Program-made: the position numbers and the translations under genes
Part shown: positions 21,661 to 30,739 of the stretch, in pieces
How the letters are laid out: each line of letters starts with the position of its first letter
Position numbering within the stretch: the first letter of the stretch is position 1
Source: an uncultured delta proteobacterium
GTDB lineage: Bacteria; Desulfobacterota; Desulfobacteria; Desulfobacterales; QNYZ01
DNA length: 64,000 nt
Reading direction: 5' to 3'
Assembly (NCBI GenBank): GCA_963783425.1
Contig: CAWANO010000018.1
Location: forward strand, 6,219-70,218
The notes under the pieces: model-generated
What the model was told of the DNA's origin: nothing
The model's database searches: none
What the model saw: the letters and a program-made list of their open reading frames with translations, nothing else

Positions 21661-22188
21661 ACCCCCCTCCCAAGCCGAAGTATCGTTTTACAACTGAGCC
21701 AATTTCAAAACGTTTTGAAAAAAGCTCAACTGCTATTCTAATCTTTTTGTGGGGTGGGGTGATCTCCGTCTAAGTTGTGATATCAACAGGTTCGGAGATT
21801 ACCCGCCACACCACCGGCGGGTAAAACCACCACAAGGCTGGCGGTTAAACAGCGTCGCTGGCGCTTCTCGCAATGAACATGAAAAAAATGGCGTGCTGGC
21901 CTTACCGAAGTGCACCCTGTCTCGTTTCCGTCATTTCCTCTTCCTTTAATTATGCCCCTTGCCGTCTCTATGACCTTGAAGACTTAAAGTCATTGCGTCC
22001 ACAATATAGTGTCGCGTTACGCTTGAAATAGTGCACTTTGCTTGCCCTTTTTCGCGTTTGCTGAGTTACGCTTTCAGACATATAGGAGAAAACGATATGT
22101 CAAAAAGTGTGCCTTGCAGACACAAAAAAAAATTGCGGCGCGATCTTACGACATTTCAAACGTGACGCGACACTAGTCTGCCGAGTGC

Positions 22189-22237
22189 GTAAAGTTTCTA
22201 TGCGATTAACGACGCATAAACAGTAAACTAACTTGAC
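22189..22237. promoter_or_regulatory. Paired putative enhancer (UAS) sites, second copy
   Basis: gtaaa-gtttc-tatgc (22189-22203, degenerate) and gtaaa-ctaac-ttgac (22223-22237), 34 bp apart. Confidence 0.5.
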
Positions 22238-22347
22238 AACATAGCCGTGGTCATCCCCAACGGGCCGTATGCCAAAACATTTTAAATATGCATGATATCA
22301 GGAGGATAGATTCATAATAAAGGAAGATTAAAGCCAATATTTTCCAT

Positions 22348-22363
22348 TGGCACGAACCCTGCA
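22348..22363 (+). promoter_or_regulatory. Sigma54 -24/-12 promoter
   Basis: TGGCAC-gaacc-CTGCA, ~90 bp upstream of the ATG at 22454. Confidence 0.85.
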
Positions 22364-22453
22364 GTAAAAACAACCAGAGCGGCAAGAAAAACCTAAAGTC
22401 GCCAACATCGACAAGCAGGTTTGAAAAAAATCAACCAACAGAAGGAGGGGAAC

Positions 22454-22837
22454 ATGAAAAGCAAACTTTTTATCGCGATCGCCGGCACACTGTTTCTGGT
22501 TTTTGGATGGACCCTGACGGGCCTTTGTGGAGAGACGGCAACTACTGACTCAGCCCAAGCCTACGGCGCCTTTGTCGACGACTTTATCGGCAAGTGCAAG
22601 GCCAAAGCCGACCTGCTCGATTCCAGCAGTGTCAACATTCGCAAGATAGCCATTCGGGCCATTGTCAAAGGCGGTTTTGTGCAATCCAACCGCGACCAGG
22701 TAATCGAATACCTGACGGCCAAAAAGGTGCCGCTGAATGCCCATCGCGTCCAGTTCCATTTGAACCAGTTGTTTGCCCAGTCCGTGCATCCGGAAGAGGT
22801 CTACGCGAGATTGATGAGAGAGATTTCGGCACAGTAG
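22454..22837 (+). CDS. Hypothetical secreted protein, paralog 2
   Basis: RBS aaggagg before ATG 22454; MKSKLFIAI vs MKCKLFIAV; shared AYxAF..D...KC..K..LL...S..IRK.A.R..VKG..V..N pattern. Confidence 0.8.
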   Translation: MKSKLFIAIAGTLFLVFGWTLTGLCGETATTDSAQAYGAFVDDFIGKCKAKADLLDSSSVNIRKIAIRAIVKGGFVQSNRDQVIEYLTAKKVPLNAHRVQFHLNQLFAQSVHPEEVYARLMREISAQ

Positions 22838-22998
22838 ACTGCCACCATTCGTCAGACCGTGCATTCATCGCTCCATACCAAATTACCGGGCATGATGAAT
22901 ACCAACAAACCAACGTGATCTGATCTTTTATAAACCATTGCCCATCGCAGCTACCGGTAGAACGGGTCGGCAGGGTCCATGCATTACCGACAATCTCT

Positions 22999-23151
22999 CC
23001 GGTCGCGCACGGGAGCTAAAGCCCTCCGGGCTTATATCGCCACAGCCGAAACCCTAAAGCCGCGGTTGATCCAACCGACGCTGGCACCCGAAAGACAACC
23101 CGGCCCCTAAAATTCGGCTCCTGCCTGCAAACTCTCTCCCCGTGCGCGACC
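22999..23151. ncRNA. Candidate structured RNA/DNA element, copy 2
   Basis: Perfect 13-bp closing stem ggtcgcgcacggg/cccgtgcgcgacc, hairpin aagccc/gggctt, inner stem agccgaa/ttcggct. Confidence 0.5.
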
Positions 23152-23219
23152 ATCCCCATCAAGGCAACTGCGCAAATAAATCTCCAACTGACCGGTGCCT
23201 GTCAGAAAAGGAAGAACCG

Positions 23220-23663
23220 ATGCCCATTGAACTATTTGAAGCATTCATGTTGATCTGTTTTGGCAGCGCCTGGCCCTTTGCTATTGCTAAAAGTCTGCGC
23301 AGCCGTTCGGCGGGCGGTAAGAGTCCGGCTTTTCTGATGATAATTTTCACGGGATACTTGTCGGGTATTACGGCCCACCTGTTGCGGGGTTTTTCACCGG
23401 TGGTTTTGCTATACTGCTTGAATGCCTCCATGGTGTTCGCGGACCTTTGCCTGGTGCTGCGATATTGCGGCGAGGAGGAAAGTAAAGTGGGCGCCGCTCC
23501 CTCCCATGCCGCGGTGACGTTGTACAAAAGGGGGGAAATTCAGGCCGCTGAAAATATTGAAAATGGCGGATTTCCCGCCGGCGTTGCCAAGTTTGGTAAC
23601 AGTTCCTTCAAGCCTGATCTGAACACGCCCATCTCATCGAACCATATCGCCGTAAACGGCTGA
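23220..23663 (+). CDS. Small three-helix membrane protein, PQ-loop/SemiSWEET-like
   Basis: RBS aagga before ATG 23220; FEAFMLICFGSAWP..I.KS.RSRSA.GKS..FL pattern with three hydrophobic segments. Confidence 0.65.
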   Translation: MPIELFEAFMLICFGSAWPFAIAKSLRSRSAGGKSPAFLMIIFTGYLSGITAHLLRGFSPVVLLYCLNASMVFADLCLVLRYCGEEESKVGAAPSHAAVTLYKRGEIQAAENIENGGFPAGVAKFGNSSFKPDLNTPISSNHIAVNG

Positions 23664-23816
23664 TCGTGGTATGAGTTGTTGTCATTGCGGGAGACACCAG
23701 CCATGCGGGAATTGCGGTGACTGTCGGCATCACATCCTCAACAAGCAACGGCTGTGGAGATTGCCCGCCACACAAACGGCGGACAAGCCGCTTTCACTGC
23801 GTTTGTGGTAGCATCT

Positions 23817-23975
23817 AATGGTTCGGAAAAAGCCGATAATTTTTTACCAACGTCATCCCCGCACAAAGCCTGCCCTCTTAAGTAGTAGTGAGGGTGGGGA
23901 TTCAGTATGATAGAAAAATTATTGATTCCCGCCGCCGTGGAAATAAGCTGAAGGTCGGCTTTTTACGGGTCCATT
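23817..23975. repeat. Degenerate MITE-like element
   Basis: Imperfect terminal inverted repeats aatggttcggaaaaagccga / tcggctttttacgggtccatt around a decayed gtcatccccgc...ggggattcag palindrome. Confidence 0.55.
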
Positions 23976-24007
23976 GAATCTGTCGAATCACAAGAGGAGC
24001 ACCGCCA

Positions 24008-24337
24008 ATGAAACCTTCCATCAATGTGGCCATGACTTTGAAACCATCCGCCCGCAAGCCGGCGACCATCGCCGAGATTCAGAAAATCGCGCAAAGCCTC
24101 GGTTTTCAGGCTTCTGCCACCGGGCGCACCTCCATCAGTTTCAGGATAGACCCCGAAGTGTTTGAACGCGTTTTCGGCGTTTCGGCACAGCCGGTGCCGC
24201 CCCGGCCTGCAAACGAACGCGATTTCGGGGCGCCGGGGGGCTATGTCGTCGATGCCGACTTGACGGTACCCCAGGAACTTCGGCCATATATCGAAACCAT
24301 CGGCGTCATGCCGCCGGGCCGCCGCTTCGGGCAGTAG
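24008..24337 (+). CDS. Small protein resembling the prodomain of the downstream subtilase
   Basis: RBS aggag; LGFQASATGRTSISFRIDPEVFERVFG aligns with EGFRVSSRGRMAVVVRGLKKDFERVFG in the next gene. Confidence 0.7.
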   Translation: MKPSINVAMTLKPSARKPATIAEIQKIAQSLGFQASATGRTSISFRIDPEVFERVFGVSAQPVPPRPANERDFGAPGGYVVDADLTVPQELRPYIETIGVMPPGRRFGQ

Positions 24338-24370
24338 GCGTCAAATTTCCCCTTTAAAAGGAGGTTCACT

Positions 24371-25930
24371 ATGCCGACGAAGAAAAAAGCTTCCACTAAA
24401 AAGACGACCCCTACAGAGAAGCCGTCCGCCACAGGAAAGAAAGGTCGGGTTTCCGTGAAACCCTCCCAAGAGCTGCGCATCGCGGTCACCTTCAAGCGGC
24501 CGGCGGATGGGCTCGGGCTGGTTCGGTATGACGTACCTATGACCGCCGATGTGGTGAGATCGTTCCAGCCGGACGAACAAACCATCGGTAAAGGCATAGC
24601 CGCCCTGGAAAACGAGGGGTTTCGCGTCAGCAGCCGCGGCCGCATGGCGGTTGTGGTGAGGGGGCTTAAAAAGGATTTCGAACGCGTTTTCGGCACCAAG
24701 CTCACCCCTTTTGCCATGCGGAGCGACAAAACGACCCGGCCTTCCAGCGACTCGGTCTATTTCCCGAAAAAAAATGCTCCTTGGGACCCGGACCCCGCCA
24801 TCATCGAACTGATCGACGATGCCTACATCCAGTGGCCCCACTACTACATGAACTACCGTTTCAATCCGCCGCCGTCGCCGTTGCCACCGCACGTCAGCTT
24901 TCACCATCTGCGCGTGCCGGGCGATGTGGCCTTGTTGACCAATGCGGCCCGGGCGCACCGGGAGGGGATCACCGGCGCCGGCGTGCGCGTGGCCATGGTG
25001 GATAGCGGTTTTTCCCACGGACATCCCTATTTTCAGGAGATGGGGTATAACTCAGCCGTGACGTTGGCGCCCGGTGCAAACAAAGTCGATCTCGATGGGG
25101 TCGGCCACGGTACGGGTGAATCAGCCAACCTGTTTGCCGTGGCGCCGGACATTACCTTTATCGGCGTGAAGGTCGATAATGAGGATGACCCCTATCTCGG
25201 GGCCAGCATGCTGGAAGGGTTTCAGGAAGCACTGCGGCACAATCCCGATGTGATCTCGATCAGCATGGGTTACGATCTCTGCCCAACGGACATTTACGGC
25301 AACCGCATCAGCAACGACCACCTGACCGCATTGCCCAACTCGCTACGCGCTCTGGAGGCGGAGATCCAGGCGGCGGTGGCCGACGTGGTGGTGGTGGTCT
25401 TTTCCTCCGGAAACGGCCATGTGGGCTTTCCGGGCATGATGCCCGACGTGATATCGGCGGGGGGTGTTTTCGTGGCCGAGGACGGTGCCATGACAGCCTC
25501 TGACTACGCCAGCGCCTTCGACAGCAAGATCTATCCCGGCCGCCATGTTCCCGATTTTTGCGGTCTGGTGGGTATGGCCGAAAACCATGCCGAATACATC
25601 ATGCTGCCCATTCAATGCGGCTGCCAGATTGACACCGGTGAAAGCGCCACCGACGAGACCGCCCCGGACGACGGCTGGGGGGTCTTCAGCGGCACATCGG
25701 CGGCGGCGCCGCAAGTGGCCGGGGCCTGTGCGCTGATGCTGCAGGCGGACCCCGATCTGGCGCCCGGCGACATCAAGCAGATTTTGCGCCGCAGTTGCCG
25801 GGACGTCACCCTCGGCAACGCCAATCCGGCCAGCAATGAAAACGCCGGGGGCATGCCCGCCGGGTTCGGGGCGGATGGGGCCACAGGGGCGGGATTGATC
25901 GATGTTTATACCGCTCTTGACCAGATATGA
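24371..25930 (+). CDS. S8-family (subtilase) serine peptidase, no obvious signal peptide
   Basis: Catalytic motifs VAMVDSG, GHGT, SSGN (oxyanion), SGTSAAAPQVAG; RBS aggagg. Confidence 0.92.
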   Translation: MPTKKKASTKKTTPTEKPSATGKKGRVSVKPSQELRIAVTFKRPADGLGLVRYDVPMTADVVRSFQPDEQTIGKGIAALENEGFRVSSRGRMAVVVRGLKKDFERVFGTKLTPFAMRSDKTTRPSSDSVYFPKKNAPWDPDPAIIELIDDAYIQWPHYYMNYRFNPPPSPLPPHVSFHHLRVPGDVALLTNAARAHREGITGAGVRVAMVDSGFSHGHPYFQEMGYNSAVTLAPGANKVDLDGVGHGTGESANLFAVAPDITFIGVKVDNEDDPYLGASMLEGFQEALRHNPDVISISMGYDLCPTDIYGNRISNDHLTALPNSLRALEAEIQAAVADVVVVVFSSGNGHVGFPGMMPDVISAGGVFVAEDGAMTASDYASAFDSKIYPGRHVPDFCGLVGMAENHAEYIMLPIQCGCQIDTGESATDETAPDDGWGVFSGTSAAAPQVAGACALMLQADPDLAPGDIKQILRRSCRDVTLGNANPASNENAGGMPAGFGADGATGAGLIDVYTALDQI

Positions 25931-26000
25931 AGGTTCAGCGTGGAGGGACAAGCCCAACCAAAGGCTGACAAGCCGACGATGACGTGCTATTCTTGCCACT

Positions 26001-26582
26001 ATGACCGACAAGCAGATGCGCGCAGCATGGTGGGCCGTCACTATCACCTACATTGGCGTCACCTACGCATCCCTGGGCGCGATGCCCGCATTGTGGGAGC
26101 GATTTAACGCACTGTTCGACGGGCGGGGCGTGGTGGCGCAGTATGGGCTTTATTTAACGGTGGGGCTGTCAATACTCTGCCATCTGGTGCGGGTCAGAAA
26201 AGAGCGGCGGGTGTGGCGCTATGTGATTCTCTGCTGTTTCGTGGCCCTCTTTTTCGTTATGCTGAAAATGGAGAAGAACCCGGGGGAGAAGATCCACATG
26301 GCCCAGTATGGGTTGTTGGGCGTCCTACTGTACAATGCCCTTAAAATCGATTTCGACAATTACGGCAGTGCCCTTTATCTGGTGGGCGCCGCCATTTGCA
26401 TTGCGGCCGGTGCCATGGACGAGGTCATTCAGGGCATCCTGCCCAACCGCCATTTTACTTGGCACGACGTGCTCATCAACGGCTTGAGCGGGATTCTATC
26501 GCTGTTGGTCATCAGGGTCGCTTTTTTGGAAAATAGCCCTGCTGTTCTTCAGAGAAAACGGCCTGAATCTCCGAAATTTTAA
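26001..26582 (+). CDS. VanZ-like membrane protein
   Basis: EKIHMAQYGLLG...GAMDEVIQGILPNRHFTWHDVLIN motif. Confidence 0.8.
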   Translation: MTDKQMRAAWWAVTITYIGVTYASLGAMPALWERFNALFDGRGVVAQYGLYLTVGLSILCHLVRVRKERRVWRYVILCCFVALFFVMLKMEKNPGEKIHMAQYGLLGVLLYNALKIDFDNYGSALYLVGAAICIAAGAMDEVIQGILPNRHFTWHDVLINGLSGILSLLVIRVAFLENSPAVLQRKRPESPKF

Positions 26583-26603
26583 CATCAGGAGAAACAGGCC
26601 GTT
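26558..26603. terminator. Hairpin between convergent genes (possible bidirectional terminator)
   Basis: aacggcctg-aa-tctcc ... ggaga-aa-caggccgtt inverted repeat. Confidence 0.45.
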
Positions 26604-26645
26604 ATTCTGAACCAATGCCACTTTCAATGAGGCTATCAGGTTATT

Positions 26646-26963
26646 TTAACATGAAACTATTCTGCTGTTCACAACACATTTCCTGTTGTTAGGAGTGCCG
26701 ATATCATCGGCGTGTTGAATGCGTACGATGTGTATTTCGACACTTTGCATTTCGGTGATAACTTCATTTTTTTCACGCATGATGTTACACAGTTCTGGTA
26801 AGGGAATCATTGGATGGCACCCCTCCTTATCTTCCACCGGCTCGCCGCGATGATCCTCGCGGACCGCAACGACATGGTATTTGTTGCCATCATTAAAAAT
26901 CCTTACCCAGAAATATTCTTTATCGGCAATCCCTTGTTTTTTTCGATCGTCGGTACACGACAT
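26646..26963 (-). CDS. Small hypothetical protein with C-terminal C-x8-C motif, paralog B (105 aa)
   Basis: RBS aaggag before ATG 26963; ends NNRKCVVNSRIVSC; aligns with 27039-27335. Confidence 0.8.
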   Translation of the reverse strand: MSCTDDRKKQGIADKEYFWVRIFNDGNKYHVVAVREDHRGEPVEDKEGCHPMIPLPELCNIMREKNEVITEMQSVEIHIVRIQHADDIGTPNNRKCVVNSRIVSC

Positions 26964-27038
26964 TTTTTCGATCTCCTTGTCATTCAAAACATAAAAACGG
27001 TGAAATCGGCCTGACACCGCCGATGAAAAGCGTCAATG

Positions 27039-27335
27039 TTAACACCTGACTAGTCTGCCACTGATAACACACGTTCGGTTGTTTTCGGTTTTTAAGTCCG
27101 CCTCCTTCTGAATCCGCATGACCTGTATTTCCACGTTTCTCATCTCCGTGATGTATTCATCGTTCTTTTTCATCATGCGGCTGAGATCTTCCAGGCTGTA
27201 CTCATCGCAGCTTTCATCTTGCAGGTTTTCCCTAACATCATCGACAGCGTATTCGACAATCCGCTTGCCCTCGGTGTCTTTGCGTTCGGTTCTTTTGATC
27301 TTGACCCAAAATGCATCCTTGTCCGCAATACCCAT
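27039..27335 (-). CDS. Small hypothetical protein with C-terminal C-x8-C motif, paralog A (98 aa)
   Basis: RBS aggagg; ends NNRTCVISGRLVRC; shares GIADK..FWV.I and ITEM..VEI...RIQ with paralog B. Confidence 0.8.
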   Translation of the reverse strand: MGIADKDAFWVKIKRTERKDTEGKRIVEYAVDDVRENLQDESCDEYSLEDLSRMMKKNDEYITEMRNVEIQVMRIQKEADLKTENNRTCVISGRLVRC

Positions 27336-27374
27336 TTAAAGACCTCCTTTGCATTGATGATTGATGAAAACCCG

Positions 27375-30300
27375 TTAAAAAGAGAGCGAAAGTTTAACCA
27401 GCACTAACTGCTCCGGGTAAAGTTCGGGACGCGCCCAGTCCATGGACTGGAACTGAAATTCCTCATCGAAGAGGTTCCTGGCTTCCACGGAGAGTATGCC
27501 GAATCGCCGGGGCAGGCGGTAGCTGATCGCCACGTCCGTGGTCCAAAACTGGTCGCTGCCCGGTTCCGGGTAGATACCGGTGAACATGTAGTCATTGATA
27601 TCGAACAGGCCTTCCTGGTCGACATAGGTGGGTTTAAGTTCAACGGTAAACCCATAGGGGCAAAAAACTTTTATGCCCAGGGGCACCTTGTGTGTTTCCA
27701 GCTCCAGGATCTGCGCCGGGCCGGTATTCTCCAGAACCCTATCAAAGCGCTCCAACTGGTATTCCACGCTCAGCGACAACCAATTCAAAGGTGTCCAGTT
27801 CAGGTAGACTCTGGCAAGCTCCTCCTCCCAATCGGCCCGCGCTTCGTTTAGGTCCAGGTCGATGTAAGATGTCTCAATCTCCCGTTTGGAGATCTCGATG
27901 CCGCTAAAAAGGCGATCGGTGAAGTTGTGATCGATGGCCGCGCCGTAGCGCCAGATATCATCGCGCTGATAATCTCTGAAAAACTGGTTGAACCCGGCCA
28001 CCTGGGTGGGTTCGATGGTCTGGTCGGCGATAGCCCCTTTTTGCAAAGTCCTGAAGGCGGCGGCCCTGATGGTGGTGGATGGGAGCAGGTCCCAACTGCC
28101 CCCCAGCTTGGGGTTGAATTGTTCGAACTGATCGGCTGCATCAAAGAAGTCGGCGCTCCCGCCGAGCGTCCAGGTCACGGTTTGGGGAAATTCGACCATG
28201 GAGTAGAGGTAAGCGCTGGTATGCCGTATATTTTCTTCCAAGCTCTCGGGCGGGCCGGACATAATGGAGAGGGTCAACACTTCGTCGGCGTCGAAATAGC
28301 CAGCCCCGGCAATGATATTCAGGTGGCTGGCATCATAAAGATATTGCGCTTCAGCGTTGTAGCCTTCGGTGGATACGTCATACTCGACAAAGTCATTGGT
28401 CAGATTCCCATCGGCGTCTTCGAAAATGAGCGTGGCGATAAGGTTCGAGCGGGGCGAAAAAGCATGCCGCATGCCCAGCCGCAGCGAATCAGACTCTTCG
28501 ATATGGCGCTCATCCGTGTAAAACAGATCCGGAGAAAACCGCAGCGTCAAGTCACCGAATTTATTTTCATCTGATCGATATTCGGCCATGATGCTGGTGT
28601 GGTACCAGGGACTGACCTGATAAAACGCATTGTAGAGATTTATTTCATTGTCGTTGTTCTCCCTGAAACCGTCGGTCTCGTAATGAAACTGCCCCAGGCT
28701 GAACGAGTTGACCCCGTAAAGACCTGACAGTACCAAGTCGTTGCCCAGGGTATCGTCGCCGCCGGCAACACCGTTGGCCTGCAGCGCCACCCGGTTGCGG
28801 CTGAACAGGGGTGTGAACTCGTTGAAAGAGAGGTCCGAAGGGCCGGTGCCGTCTATGATGCCCAGTTGGCTCTCGGCCAGTTGAGGCTGGATGGGTGTCA
28901 GGTTAATGGGTTGCAAAAGCTGGCTTTGCAGCAGCTCACTGACGCGGGCAATATCGTGGCGCGGCAGTGCCGAATAAGAGTCGGCCAGCAGGCGATGGGC
29001 CGAGAAGTTGGACGGGTCGGTGTTGACCGATTTCCAGCCCTCCACCAGGGCCAGTTGCTGGAAGCCGAGGTCGTTGTAGATGCGCCCCAGGCTGGCGCTG
29101 CGCGCGGCCAGATCCTGGTCGAGCAGCAGGCGTGAGCGAAAGACGACTCGGTTGTCGTTGAGGGCGATGGATCGCTTCACGTCTTGCATGGCCTCCACCG
29201 GGCGGTTGGCGGTCTGCTTGCGTAGGGCGTCGTACAGGTAGGCCGTGGGGTCGTTGGGGTCGAGCGACTTGGCCATCGCGTATTGGTCACCGGCTAGGTC
29301 GTCACGCTTTTCATCGAAGTAGGCCTTGCCCAGGTAGCTGCGTATCAGGGCGTTGCGGCTGTTCAGGCTGGCGGCGATTTCGATCTGGCTGCGCCCTTCG
29401 GCCAGGTTGCCGCGACGGATGGTGGCCAACCCCAAACCCAGGCGGGGCAGGGGGGCGGCCTGATCGAGAGCGATGGCTTTGTCGAAGCTCTGCACGGCCT
29501 GGTCGATCCTGATTTGCATCAGGTAGGCAAATCCCAGAACGGTCTGGGTGTGGGCCAGGTTGGGGTTGAGGTCGACGGCCTGCTGGGCGGCGGTCAGGGC
29601 CTTGCCCAGATTGGCCATTGAAAGCTGCAGCTCGGATAGGCGCGACCAGGCTATGGCGTTCTCGGGCGCCAGGGCCACGGCGGTCTCGGTGCTGTCCAGG
29701 GCGCCCTCGATATCGAAGCCGGCCTGCCGGGCATATGATAGCGCCAGGTGGGCGTTGGCCCAGAGTGGATTGGCATCCACGGCCTGTTGGGCCAGCGCCA
29801 GGGCCGCTTGCCTTTGGTTCAGGGTAACCGCAATAACCGACTTCAGGGCCAGGGCTTCGCTGTGATCGGATCTCAGGTCCAGGGTGCGGGCGATGTCGGC
29901 CTGGGCCTGCTCAACGCGTCCCACCTGCAGGGCCAGACCGGCCCGAAACGTATACAGGTTCGCGTTTTCGATATCATCGGGAATCTCCTCTAGCAAGGAG
30001 AGGGCCGCGGCCGGGTCGCCCCGGTGTTGGGCCTCCAGGGCGGCGCGGGCCTGGTTGCGCTGGTCGAGATCGTCGATGCTCTCAAGGACCGTGTCGCCGA
30101 AATCACCGATCAGCGGGTAGTAGAGCGCCCACTGCACGGCGTCTTCGGGTCGCACCTGGGCGTCGAAAACCGGGGCGGCGCCCTGGCGGGCCGAGGCGCT
30201 TTGGCCCGAGCTGAGAAGCAGGTCGCCCAGCTGGTTGACCACTCGCACGCGTCCCTGCAGCACGCTGAAGACGGCCCCATCGGCGCTGACGCTGACGGTG

Positions 30301-30725
30301 AATTCGGTACCTTCCACATTGCCGTTGACAAAGGGCGTCAGCACCTTGAGGTGGCGCGGCTTGTGGCTGAAGAAGTGGCCCACGCCCTCGACTAGTTCGA
30401 TCCAGAAGCTGGTGTCGCTGTCAGGCTCGGGCAAGCGCAAGGTGGTATAGGCGTCGAGCCGCAACAGCCCCTCGCCGGCCAACATGACGCTGGCGCGGCT
30501 GTTTCTGCCCACCCGCAGCATATCCCCCAGGCAGATCAGCCCGTTGTAGCCGATCGGTTCCCACTGGTTTTGCCCATGGCGCTGCACCGTCACCTCGCCC
30601 TGAACCGAGACGAGTTTGGCGGCCCAAGGATCGCAGGGTTGCGCGAAGGCAGTGGAGCTGCCGAGAAGAAGCGCCAACACCACCGCAGCCATCAGGTGGG
30701 TTAAATGGTCTTTTTTGGGATTCAC
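27375..30725 (-). CDS. Secreted FecR-domain / TPR / outer-membrane beta-barrel (TonB-receptor-like) protein
   Basis: GTG start at 30725 with aagga RBS; signal peptide; FecR motifs [28 protein letters not shown] block; beta-strand-rich C-terminus ending LVKLSLSF (terminal Phe). Confidence 0.85.
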   Translation of the reverse strand: MNPKKDHLTHLMAAVVLALLLGSSTAFAQPCDPWAAKLVSVQGEVTVQRHGQNQWEPIGYNGLICLGDMLRVGRNSRASVMLAGEGLLRLDAYTTLRLPEPDSDTSFWIELVEGVGHFFSHKPRHLKVLTPFVNGNVEGTEFTVSVSADGAVFSVLQGRVRVVNQLGDLLLSSGQSASARQGAAPVFDAQVRPEDAVQWALYYPLIGDFGDTVLESIDDLDQRNQARAALEAQHRGDPAAALSLLEEIPDDIENANLYTFRAGLALQVGRVEQAQADIARTLDLRSDHSEALALKSVIAVTLNQRQAALALAQQAVDANPLWANAHLALSYARQAGFDIEGALDSTETAVALAPENAIAWSRLSELQLSMANLGKALTAAQQAVDLNPNLAHTQTVLGFAYLMQIRIDQAVQSFDKAIALDQAAPLPRLGLGLATIRRGNLAEGRSQIEIAASLNSRNALIRSYLGKAYFDEKRDDLAGDQYAMAKSLDPNDPTAYLYDALRKQTANRPVEAMQDVKRSIALNDNRVVFRSRLLLDQDLAARSASLGRIYNDLGFQQLALVEGWKSVNTDPSNFSAHRLLADSYSALPRHDIARVSELLQSQLLQPINLTPIQPQLAESQLGIIDGTGPSDLSFNEFTPLFSRNRVALQANGVAGGDDTLGNDLVLSGLYGVNSFSLGQFHYETDGFRENNDNEINLYNAFYQVSPWYHTSIMAEYRSDENKFGDLTLRFSPDLFYTDERHIEESDSLRLGMRHAFSPRSNLIATLIFEDADGNLTNDFVEYDVSTEGYNAEAQYLYDASHLNIIAGAGYFDADEVLTLSIMSGPPESLEENIRHTSAYLYSMVEFPQTVTWTLGGSADFFDAADQFEQFNPKLGGSWDLLPSTTIRAAAFRTLQKGAIADQTIEPTQVAGFNQFFRDYQRDDIWRYGAAIDHNFTDRLFSGIEISKREIETSYIDLDLNEARADWEEELARVYLNWTPLNWLSLSVEYQLERFDRVLENTGPAQILELETHKVPLGIKVFCPYGFTVELKPTYVDQEGLFDINDYMFTGIYPEPGSDQFWTTDVAISYRLPRRFGILSVEARNLFDEEFQFQSMDWARPELYPEQLVLVKLSLSF

Positions 30726-30739
30726 TGGAGGTTCCTTTC

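Noticed and set aside
21755..21825. c-di-GMP-I riboswitch suggested by ccgtctaag...cggagattacc
   Set aside because: The GGCAAA / GNRA / GACGCAAA core is absent; kept only as an unexplained hairpin motif
21516..23151. The structured repeats as a retron msr-msd or a CRISPR array
   Set aside because: No reverse transcriptase or cas gene in the window; only two copies 1.5 kb apart with no repeat-spacer periodicity
23671..23811. 46-aa Cys-rich ORF (MSCCHCGRHQPCGNCGDC...) as a YcaO substrate or metallothionein
   Set aside because: No RBS, Cys residues are N-terminal with no leader, it overlaps the shared hairpin motif, and it lies 5 kb from YcaO; plausibly chance
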